From assembly GCA_002104945.1 (NCBI GenBank), contig MCFH01000129.1, positions 1 through 32,733 of the forward strand: a stretch of DNA of 32,733 nt, read 5' to 3'. The notes under the pieces were generated by a model. It had not been told where the DNA came from and searched no databases. It saw only the letters and a program-made list of their open reading frames with translations. Below, piece after piece: positions 1 to 13,578 of the stretch (positions are counted from its first letter, which is position 1; the number at the start of each line of letters is the position of its first letter). A program made the translations under genes and the position numbers. Origin of the DNA: Piromyces finnis finn. Its lineage: Eukaryota > Fungi > Neocallimastigomycota.

Positions 1-289
1 TAAGATGTGTAAATTTAAAATAATTAAAATGTTATTATTGAATTATTACAATGTTAAATACTTTTCATGATGATTTGGTATATAATGGTATATTAAAATA
101 AAATATTTCTCAAAAAAAAAAAAAAAAAAAAATTAAAAAGGATGTAATACTTTTTTTAAAAAAAGAAGAAACAAGTGTTTTGTTTTCATCTATTTTATAT
201 TATCTTATTTAATGTGCTGTTGAATTGTATTGCGTGTCATTGATATCGTTTTAATTAATAATTTATTGATTATTAATTTTTATTCTTCA

Positions 290-2130
<1,841 letters not shown>

Positions 2131-2771
2131 TTTTTATTTTTATTTTTATTTTTATTTTTATTTTTTTAATAAAATATTTTAAAAAATTATTAATTTTAAA
2201 TTAAAAATTTATATTATTTGAAAAATAATAATTTTTAAGTTAATTATTTAATTTCATTATTATTTATTTTATTTTATTATTATTTTTTTTTAATATCATT
2301 CTATAAATGATAAATTTTATAAGCATTTTTTTTTTTTACATAATTTTTAAGTTTTTTCTTTTCTTTTTTATTAGTTTTATTTTAAATTTATTTAAGTGTA
2401 TAATTATAGTGTTATAACGGTAACGTTATATCTTAAAATATATTATATAAAAAATATATAATCAAGAAAATAGAATAAAAAAGAAGAAAAAGAAAAATAA
2501 TGCAAATTTATTTACAATAATAATAATATTATTATTTTTATCAGCTATCTTTATTATTAATGTAAAATTTGCTTATAATTGTTTTTTTTTTTTTTTTTTT
2601 GTATCCTTAATATTTTGTGCTTGTGATTATTATTTTAATTATTGAATTTTGATATATTTATAAAATTAAAAATGTATTTATTGATTTAAATGTCAACTTT
2701 ATAGAATAAGAATTATAAAAAAAAATATTATTAAATATTTTTATATAAATTAATTAAATTTTAATTGGGGA

Positions 2772-3264
2772 TTATGCAGATTTTCTTGCATTTGATAATC
2801 TTCTAAGTTGCTTTAATTTACTAACAGCTTTAATCTATGTATTATATATATATTAACAATTATTATAATTATTATATTGTTATATATTATTTATAAAATT
2901 ATATATGAATAAAATACTTACAACAGTAAATAAGTTATTAATATTTCTAACAGCACCTTGTAAATCATCTTCAGTAATAAGTTCAATAACATTAGTACAG
3001 TTTTCTTGTTTTGATGGTAATGGATCAATGCCATTTCTAGTGAGCCATGGATGATCCTAATTGAAAATAGGCGTTATTTGAAAAATATCCATAATTATGA
3101 ATATTATATTTATAAATATTTAAATATATATATTGAATAAATACATACTCTTATTTCAGAAATAGTAATTCTCTTTTCTGGATTTCTTTCTAACATTTTT
3201 AATAATATATCATTGAAGGAATCACTCATACCACTTGGGATTTCAATTCTATGCATATATATAA

Positions 3265-3307
<43 letters not shown>

Positions 3308-4962
3308 GTAGTAGTAGTAGTAGTATACATACGGTTTATTTTGAATTAAATCATATAATTCAATAATAGAAACACCTTCAAATGGTAAGCATCCGAAAGC
3401 AAAGCAATATAAAGTAATCTAAAAAATTTTAAATAAAATAAGATTATTATATATTATATATATTTAATCAAGAATTAAATAAGCTTACACCCATAGCCCA
3501 AATATCACATGCTTTAGCAGATAATTCACCATGTTGGATTTCACATAATTCTTTCATAATAAAATAAATTGAAATAAATAATTGGGAAAGAAATATTTTA
3601 ATTTCATAATTCTTGTTATATATAATATTAAAGATTAAATACCTGGAGCAAAAAAGGCTATAAATTTCAATATATAAAGTTAAAATATTTTCATTTTGTT
3701 CAAGAATGATAAATTAATATTCGTATTAATTAATTCATAGTAAAAATAACAAAATAGATTGATATTGGAATTTTTCTTTAATTAAATGATCTTAAATAAA
3801 ATAGATAAATAGATACTTTTAATTATATATATATTTTTCTTTTTTTTTTTTTACCTGGAGAACCAGAGGATTTTTTAGACATATCATCACCTGATGAAAA
3901 CATTTCAGATACACCAAAATCGACAATTTTTAAAGTACCATTAGCAGCTAACAATAAATTGTCAGGCTAATAAAATAAAATATTTATATTATTGTTAAAA
4001 TGTCTTATATAGGTAAATAAATGATAGAATAAAATTAATAAATTCTTAATTACCTTGATATCTTATATTATATAATATTATAGTGTTATTAAACAAAGAT
4101 TCATATATAAATTTGATTAATATATTATATATTATTGCTATTAAGTTATTATGCTCTTTTTTCATTTTGTGATTGCTGTTATATAATTTTCAAAAATATA
4201 CTCAATTTTTTTTTTTTTTTTTCCATTTATTTATTTACCTCTATGAGCAATATCGTTTTCATGTACTAATATTGAAAAGATTCATAGTAAATAAAATAAT
4301 TATATATTCATTTAATATTAAAAGAAAAATTATAGTTTTAGTAAAAACAAATAATTAATAATTATATTGGTTTATATATATATATATATATTCTTTTTTA
4401 TTTATAAATTTAAATGTATAAAAATTTATACTAACAATATTCAATTCCGAGGAACATTTCTCTAAAATAATATCTACACATTTCTTCATCAAATGATTCA
4501 GTCTTTCTATTTAATGAAATGTTCATAACAGTACCCTTTTCGCAACATTCATAAACCATATATAAACCGTCACCATTTGGATCATCTAATACTTCAAAAA
4601 GTTTAACAATATTTCTGTGATTAAGTTTCTTTAAAATAGCAATTTCTCCTCTAACAAAATCAATTGGATTTGATGGTCCTCTCATTAAATTTGGACGCAT
4701 TCCACCACGCATACCACCACGCATACCACCTCTACCAATCATTCTACCAAAACCATTAGCTTGAAGATGTTGCTTTCTTAAACGTGTTTTACTGAAAACT
4801 TTGACAGCAACTGGTCTACCATCATTGGTATCTCTTCCACGACTATGTATTATATATTTTATTATTTTCATTATAAATTTATTTATTTTAATAATTAATA
4901 ATTTTGAAAATAATTTTATACTAGTATAATTCTTAAATTGTATTTTTTTTATTATTTTATTG

Positions 4963-5011
<49 letters not shown>

Positions 5012-5428
5012 TACAAAACTGTTCCAAAGGATCCCTTTCCTAATTCTTCTTCTAATACCTTTTTTCATTTTCATTTATAATAATATAAAAGTAAAATTAA
5101 AATTGTAGAAAGAAATAAAAATATTAGCAAATAAATAAATGAAACATTTATAATAATAATAATTAAATAATAATGAAAAAATGCAATAATGTTAATAATA
5201 ATGATAATAATAAGAATAAAAAAATAAAGAATGAGTATATATATATATGCAATAATAATATTAATAATAATGATAATAATAAGAATAAAAAAATAAAGAA
5301 TGAAAATATATATATATATTTTAAGGGGATTATCATACATAATTATTAAGTTGGATTTCACCCTCATCATTTTGTTCATATTGTGCGTTGAGAGTTTCCT
5401 TAATTGTGTTTGGAGAGCTACTATGCAT
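2772..5428 (-). CDS. Ca2+/calmodulin-dependent protein kinase kinase (CaMKK/Ssp1/Sak1-like Ser/Thr kinase), 382 aa, 12 exons: complement(join(2772..2834,2922..3056,3149..3248,3333..3418,3489..3550,3643..3657,3855..3966,4054..4061,4239..4265,4436..4842,5015..5058,5339..5428))
   Basis: The spliced frame (1149 nt) gives KETLNAQY...NNYVLEEELGKGSFGTV, VAVKVFSK, EIAILKKLNHRNIVKLFEVLDDP, HRDIKPDNLL, DFGVSEMF, GSPAFFAPE, DIWAMGITLY and HPWLT. The insert after subdomain II and the VKETL-like N-terminal motif are CaMKK-family features. The start codon is the least certain element. Confidence 0.9.
4695..4736 (-). repeat. 12-bp coding tandem repeat giving GRGGMRGGMRGGMRP in the kinase insert
   Basis: The + strand shows repeated ccaccacgcat(a/t) units. 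The translation is visible in ORF 4431..5027. Confidence 0.85.
4966..5011. repeat. (AAT)n microsatellite in kinase intron 2, next to the donor site
   Basis: Uninterrupted taa run. It produces the poly-Tyr artefact in ORF 4431..5027. Confidence 0.9.
5181..5319. repeat. About 67-70 bp tandem duplication in kinase intron 1
   Basis: atgcaataat...ttaataataatgataataataagaataaaaaaataaagaatga...tatatatatat occurs twice, starting near 5181 and near 5247. Confidence 0.8.
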
Positions 5429-7931
5429 TATTACTAATAAAGCATAATATATGAATATAATTATATAATAAAGAAGAAGAAATAAAATTTATTAATTTCT
5501 TATTATTATGATTTATTTATTACAAATGAAAATAATTCCCCGTAATTTTAATATTTCATTTCAACTTTTTTTTTATTTATTTTTCTCCACTCCAATAATA
5601 ATAAATAACATTATAAATGAAAATTGCTTATTTATTTTATTACAAGAACTTTAAATAATATATATAATTGATTATAAAAGGAATGAAATTTTTGAATTCT
5701 TATGAATCTATATAAATTTAATTTGTTTAATATTTGCTTACTTTAATAATATTGTTATGTTAAGTACAAAAAAAAAAAAAGATAGAATGAAATTGAATAA
5801 AAAATTATTAATTTTCAATATATTAAAAAACCATATAAATTATCCATTTAAAGATAAATTTTAAATTAATCATCATTTATAAAATTTAATTCTGATCCAA
5901 TTTTATGATTTTAAAAATGCAGAGAGAATAGATAACAAAAGAATAACTTTTAAAGGAAAAAACAATAGAAAAATGGTAATAAATAAAATAAATGATCTTT
6001 TATTTTAATGATATCAATATATATATTGATATTGATTACTTAATTATTACTTTTAAATAAGAATTTTTATAGTTAATAATTACCATAAAGAAATTCGATA
6101 ATTGTGTCTTATTTATAATTAAGTTTATTGCAACTTTTATTTTCAAGTGGAAAAATGAATTATTTTGCTTTGCTTTATTGATCTTTAATAATAATTATAA
6201 CTTTAACCATTAATAATTCATAGTTTTTTTTTAATTAATATTGATAAAATATTTTAATTTCAAATGCAAAATAATACTTTCTGTATTTTTTTTTTTTATA
6301 AAAGTATTTTTAGATTCCTAATATATATATACAAATATAATAATAATAATAACTAATTATTTTTATTATTATTATTGGATTACTACTTTTTTAAATTTGG
6401 GAATATTGTTTAAATCCCTCTATTGTTATTTAGTTGAATAGAAATTCATTATTTAACATAACCCTTTAAAATATAGATTTTTTAAATTAAATAAAAAATA
6501 ATAATAAAATACCTTTTTTTTTTTTTTAAAAAAAATAGGAATAACAAATCATTTTTTAGGTATTATAAATATAAATTATTAATATGAGTTAATCTTGGGT
6601 TGGTGGTGTTTATCAATTTTAATTAATCTATTTTTTTTGGTAAAACCATTGACTTTTATTGCTTTATTAAAAATGTGACAATTAAATTTTATTGTTTTTT
6701 TTTATATTATTTTTATATAAATATTTTTAAATATAGACAATAAAATGATGATAGTGTGTATGTTGTGTGTGGTGATGTTAGAAATTATTATTTTTTAATA
6801 TGAATAATAAGAAAAAAAGTAATCTTAATTATTAATACAAAAATACAATATACTATATTAAAGTAATCGTTACTCTATATAGTGAATACTTTTTTTTTTT
6901 TTTAAAACTATATTTTATATTAAAATTTAAAATTTTATTAAAAAAAAAAAAATCATATTCTTATATTAAAAATGATACTATATAAGATTAATTTAATATA
7001 TATTATTCCACTGTATATAAAGTATTAATTCAATCATTTAAAATTTAATATAAAATTAATGATGATGATTTTTTTTTAAAATTTTGTTTTTTTACTTTTT
7101 TTTTTTAAAATTGAAATTATAAGAAAAAAAAAAGAGTATATATTAATATTAATAATAATAAATAAAGAATGAAATAATTAATAAATATAAATAACAACAA
7201 TAATAAAAACATATTTATTTTAATGTAATTTATTCAAAAATAAAATATATTTATTTCAAATAAATTCAATTAAAGTTAAAATTTGAGAAATAATTAATAA
7301 AATTAAAAAAGCCAAAATATAAACAATATTCATAACAACAAAACAAAAAATAAAAAAAAAAGTCAAAGTTTCAGTTGAAATAAATAAAGAATATTAAAAC
7401 AAATAAAAAACAAAATTAAAATAGACAATTGAAACATTAAATTTGTTATTATATATCTTTTTATTTATTATTTTCATGTACTTTTTTTTAAAAAAACAGA
7501 AATATATTTTAAATAAAAAGATAAATAATAGTAACTATTTGTTTATTTATTCAATTTAATAAAAGCTAAATTAATATCCAATATCTTATTCATATTTTCT
7601 CTTATTTACTATTTATTTAACAATAAAAAAATAGTTCAATTCTTTTTATATTTATAAAGATTATAATAAATTTTCAATAAAATTTATTTTTATTTTAATA
7701 ATATAAATTCATATTTTTAAAAACAATAATAATATAAACTATCAATATTTGTAAATATATTTTCGTAATCTCAATTTATATAGTAAAAAAAAAAAAAAAG
7801 AAAACATAGAATTCTTAAAAGTTTAGTAATATTTATATAAGCGACAAAAATAACAATTTAAAACAATCTATCTTTAAATATATATAATCAGTAATTTAAT
7901 ATTAATACATAAAAAGCAAGCCAACAAAAAA

Positions 7932-8861
7932 ATGGATAGTGACAAATTAAACGAAAAGAGAGCTCAAGAAATTCTTGATCGTTTAGACAAGGATGAATTT
8001 GTATTTACTATGAATGAATTGGAAAATGAAGAATATGTAAGATTTTTTTTTTTTTAATATTTCAATAATCATAAAGAAAAATCTGGTATTAAATGATAAT
8101 ATTTTTTTGAAATAAAATTTTTAGGTTACATTACCCAATGGAACTAAAATATTAACTGACATTTTAAATGGCAAAATTAATGACCAACAAAAGCAGCATA
8201 AAATAAAAGAAAATGGCAAACCAATTAATGACCAAATATTACAATTTGATGATTACATAAGTACTTTTGATAATGACAATGGTACAAAGGATGATAATAA
8301 TTTATTATTTGAAATTGATGGTAAATATAATGATTTATATGCTTTTAATTTTTTTTTATATTTATTTGAATTTATAATAATAAATAATGCTTTTTTTTTT
8401 TTATTACTTAAATTTTTATTAAACTAATATTTTTATTATTTTTTTTTAAATGTATTAAAGATACAGAAGGAGAAGATGCTTTCGAAGAAACTGAAAAATA
8501 TTACGGTAGTGATGAAGAAGTAACTATTAAAATTACCAATAATGACAAAGACGAAAAAATCTCATATACTTCAACAACATCCAAACCAATAACTATTCAA
8601 TCATCTCATAGACAACCAATATCTGTTGGATCTTTAAGTGTTAGTGATGATGGTCATTTAATGGCAAACTCACCAAATATACCTGTTACACCACCACCAT
8701 CCTTAGCAAAAAGTCAAAATATGTTTAACATATTTAAGAATAAAGAGGACATCCTTAATTCAGATAAAACATCTCAACCTATCCCTGATGGTGAGTTTAA
8801 AGAAGAAGATATTCAAGAACTTTTAGCAAAACTTGTTATTCATAAAGATCAACAAAACTAA
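7932..8861 (+). CDS. Hypothetical acidic, largely disordered protein, 233 aa, 3 exons: join(7932..8036,8125..8320,8461..8861)
   Basis: ATG follows an A-rich leader. The GTAAGA/TTAG and GTAAAT/AAAG introns give a 702-nt open frame: MDSDKLNEKRAQEILDRLDKDEFVFTMNELENEEY...LLFEIDDTEGEDAFEE...KDQQN*. GC is clearly above the flanks. No family recognised. Confidence 0.85.
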
Positions 8862-9126
8862 ATTATTTATTTATTAATAAAATAAAGTTAAAAGTACTTT
8901 TTTTTTTTTTTTTTTGCGCCATCCGTCATTGAAACAATTTAAATTTTAAAATGGCTTTCTATTTTATATGTAACTATGTCAAAAATATTGATAAAATAGC
9001 AAAATTATTATAAAAATTAATTCAACATTAATATATAATTATATAATTATTAAATTTTAATATTTTAAATAAAGATTATTCTAATACATCATTATACAGT
9101 ATATCAATAAATTTATTATCATCATT

Positions 9127-9157
<31 letters not shown>

Positions 9158-11131
9158 CAATAAAAATAAAAACTAAAACAAACAAACAATAAATGATAAA
9201 TAATAATAATAAAAAATAATAAATAGTAAATAAAAATAAAAAATAAAAATAAATCATTTTAAAATACCATATTCTCCATTTTAAAATCTATTTTAAAACC
9301 TTTTATTTCAGTAATAAGAATTTAAAATAAAACAAAAATTTAATTATTAGATAATGTTATATAAAGTAATTTTAATATATTTACGAAATAAAAAAGAGGA
9401 ATGTTCTTTTATTTTAAATAAAATTGTTTATTTATTATATTATTATTGAAGATCGTAAAAAAAAAAAAAAAAAAAAACACATGGCTATTCTTTATTTTTT
9501 TTTTTTATTAAATATATTCAGTATTTATTAAACTTGATTTATAAAAATTGAATATGCCTTTGTAAGTGTTGAATTAACAATTATACCTTGATCAATTTTA
9601 TTTATTTTGCAGATCTAATTTATATATCAAAAGTGGTGTTGAAAATTTATAAGTAAGTTTTTATGTCAATAGAATCTTTGGAAAATTCAAATTTAAGAAT
9701 AAATGCTAATAAGATAATTAATTATCCAATTTCATTATAAAATGTTTGAAATAAAACAAAAAATAATGATAAAATTATACAATTGCAACTGTCTCTCTCT
9801 ATATTTTGTGTACAAGACATAAATATAAAAGTGTTAAACTATTTACTCTATTTATTTATTGTAAATATTAAAAGGTTTAAATATTATTTTAAACTTAAAT
9901 AGGTTGATTAAAGCAACAAAAAAAAATGTTACAGTAAAATGAAAGTTATAATTAAAATTATAATAATTATTTTTTTTTATTTTCATTTTTTTTTTAATAT
10001 AAAATTACTTTTTTTTTTTTTTTTGTTTTTATTTCTATATAAAGAATTAATTAAAATTAAAATCAGTATTATTTAATATTTATTGGTTGATGGCCAAATA
10101 TAGAATTTTTTACCGTTTATAAACAGAGCGGCCAATTTAAATTAATTATTTCTATGGATACAATAATTATTAAAAAGTAAATAATTATATTAAAATAGAA
10201 AAACGGTTCATATTAAATTTAAAAAAAATAATATTAATGAATAAAAATTACCAATGAAAAATGAATAGAAAATGTTTTTTTTTATTATTATTTAATTATT
10301 ATTTGGAAAAGGCTTAGGAATATAAAATAATGGAAAATAGTGTGGTTCATTACTTAAGTATTAAATGAGGAATGATTTTAACATTAAATTAGTAAACCAA
10401 TATTTATATTAAATCTATCTTTTTTTTTTTATATAATCAAATAGTATTATTATTTTATTTTATAAAATATCTTTTAAGGTATTAATTCCTTTTTTTTTTT
10501 TTTTTTTTTTTTTGACTTTTAAATACATATTATTGTATTATTTTATGTACAATATTAGTTTATTTTATGTTGGTAGAATAAAATGTTTTTTTTTTTTTTT
10601 TCCATATTTTAATTATAAATTTTAAACAAAAATAATAATAAATATAACTTTATTTATTATGATAATTTCATAATATTTTCCATTGATCAAATGGTAATAA
10701 TTATTAATGGAAAAAAAAATAGGAAAATGTAAAGTAAAAACTTCCGTGACAGAGAGATATATATATTTTAATAATAAAATTAAATTTTAATAAAGTAAAG
10801 AATTCTGAAAAAGGAATATATTTAATAGTAAATTAATCATATACACGTAATAGAGTTTGCTAGTTTTGTATGAATTTTAGGAATTATAGAGATTAGAGGT
10901 TTAATACTCTTCATAATTCAAATATTAATATAGATGTAATATAGAATAACTTTATGTTATTAGATAGATTAATAATATAACACATCAATGTATATATAAA
11001 AGATTAAATATTATTAGTAATAAGCATATTCAATGCATATATACATAAAATGTCAAAGAGATATTGATTACAAATTTAAAATTTCTATTATATATATTAG
11101 ATTGAATCTTTTTTTTTTTTATTATACTTTG

Positions 11132-11163
<32 letters not shown>

Positions 11164-11328
11164 ATTTTCCTTTTTAATACTTTATGTTGAACTATGATAA
11201 ATTGTAATTTGTTCTTCTCTTAATATTTCTTATTAACAAACCATATAGTTTATACATTTTTTTTATGGTTAATAATTATATAGTAAAAAGCATATGTCAC
11301 AATTATTTTAAAAACCCATTCATTTATA

Positions 11329-11374
11329 GAGTTATATCCTCTTATATATACTATCCTATAAGAGGATATAATTC
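11329..11374. other. Intergenic stem-loop: 15-bp perfect inverted repeat with a 10-nt loop
   Basis: TTATATCCTCTTATA (11332-11346) is the exact reverse complement of TATAAGAGGATATAA (11357-11371). The stem extends by G-T, A-T and G-C pairs. Confidence 0.75.
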
Positions 11375-13578
11375 AGTTCTTTATTACCTTTGTACAATGA
11401 TTGTTCAATTTCACATAAATTTCATAAATCCTATCTTAACCTTTTATATTAATTAATAATTTATTATTTAATAATAGTTAATATTAATTTTATTTTATAT
11501 TGTATAATATATTAAATTTATATTAAAATTTGTAAAACAATATATTTTAATATATCAATCAATATATATTAATGTTATATTAAATTTTTAATTAAAAGAT
11601 TTGGGAAGATGCGTTTTGAAAGGTCAGTTTTTTTTGTTAACTATTTTATAGAATTAAAAAAAACCTTTTTTTTTTTCTTTCTATTATTAAATCTAATCAT
11701 TATGAATTAATAAAAGAAAGTAATTTCAATATAAAATAGAATAATAGTTTCTATTGAAATTACATTTATTTAATAAGTATAATTATTAGGGTGATTTAAC
11801 CTTTTAAAATATTATTATTATTTGTTACTTTAAAATAAAAATTTTCTTTTTAATATAAATTCATATATTAATATTTAATTTATTAAAAAAAATAATGACG
11901 GTGACATTTCAATCATTTTTTTTTTCTTTTTAAATAATAATAAAATATATATAATAAAATAGATAATTATTTATTATAAAATAATATAATAATAATAATC
12001 AAAATGAATAATAAAAACTATATTGAATGTATATTAGTATAATATAAATCTCAATATAACAATAATATTATTTTTGAAAATATTTTATATCATTTTTGTT
12101 GTGTATTATTATTTATTATATTAAATATTAAATAATAGTAAATAAAATTTATTAATCAATTTTTTTTTTTTTAAAATAAATATTTAATATTAATATTAAT
12201 AATAATATTTATAATTAACATTTTTTAATATAACAAAAAACTTTTATATAAAACTACTTTTATATTTCTTTCTTTTTATTTTATCATTTTCAAATTTTAA
12301 TTTTTTTTAGATTTATAATTTTAAAATATTTAAATATTAACTCTTATTATTATTATTTTTTTTTCTAAAACTAAATTTTATAATAGTTTCTCTCTTATTG
12401 AAATTTCAAAAATAGATTTAATAATTATCATTTTTCAATAGAAATAATAACTACGATTTTATTTCTATTTTGTATTATTAATTTTTAAATGATAATTGTA
12501 AATTTATTCTTATTTCAAAGAGTTAAAAAATAATAATAAATTTTGTATTTAAAACAACATAAATAACAAGAAGAAAAAAAAAAAAGAAATCAAAGTAAAT
12601 GTTGTAAAATACAACAAACTAAAACATTTTTAAAAAGAAAAAGAAATATAATTGTAAATTAAGAAATTTGAAACAATATAAAAAGTTATACCATTTATTT
12701 AAGAAAAAAGAAACCTAATTTAATAATTATAGAAAATAATACTTTACTCTTTTTTTTTTCTATATCAATTTGTTAAACTAGAAAAAGAAATATAAAGTAA
12801 GAAATATTTATTATTTATTTATTGAATTTTTTGAATAATGAAAGCTTAAATATTTATAAATTATAAACAAAAACAAAAGTAAAATAATAACAATGAATAA
12901 ATAAATAAACAATCAACATTAATAAAAAAATGTTGATGTTAAATTATAGTTAAACATTTCTTTTTATATTAACTTTTTTTTTTTTTATTTTAATTAATTT
13001 TATCAATTATTAAAGAAAATATTTAACATAGAAATTTGGCAAGTTTAGCTACAAATATCAAACCCGGAATTAAAAAAAAATTTAAGCTAAATAACTATTT
13101 TTCATAAATAAATATTAAAATAAAGAACAAAAAAATAAGAATAAAAAACATTATTTTTCAAAGCAAAATTAAGAAAAATAATCAAAAACAAAAACAAAGT
13201 AAATAAAAAAAAAAAAAAAAAATTTGAAATATAATAAAAATATAAAAGAAATAGTTAATAATTTTCAAAATATTCCTTCTAAAAAGTAATAATTTATTTA
13301 TTATTTTATAAAGCTATATAATTTGTTAAATAATTGTATATAAAGCAAAAATATATATTTTACATATTAATTATATTATAAATAGTAATTATAAATAACA
13401 ATATATACAATATATATTATATATCAAGAAAATAAAAATCAAAATATTTAAGAAATTATATAATAAAACAGTAAGTAAATAAGTTTTTATCTCTCTCTCT
13501 CTCTTTTTTTTTCGTATTAAAGTAAATTATATTTATAAAAAATATATTATAAAAATATTTAGATTTTAAAAATAAAAA

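Noticed and set aside
5071-5379. 102-aa hydrophobic ORF MNKMMRVKS...
   Set aside because: Wrong frame of kinase exon 1 running into intron 1. Its internal repeat is the intronic duplication.
6011-6032. 22-bp perfect palindrome ATATCAATATATATATTGATAT
   Set aside because: Centred on a (TA)n run and almost all A/T, so it is expected by chance at this composition.
5430-7140. Long spacer scanned for tRNA, snoRNA and transposon ends
   Set aside because: I found no cloverleaf, no paired C/D boxes and no terminal inverted repeats with target-site duplication. A covariance-model search (Infernal/Rfam, tRNAscan-SE) would be needed to exclude them fully.
9481-9531. ATG after a poly(A) run giving MAILYFFFLLNIFSIY*, signal-peptide-like
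   Set aside because: Only 16 codons. The hydrophobicity comes from a poly(T) run and I found no convincing downstream exon.
11265-11456. 63-aa ORF spanning the hairpin
   Set aside because: No recognisable motif, typical AT-rich I/Y/N/F composition and no splice support.
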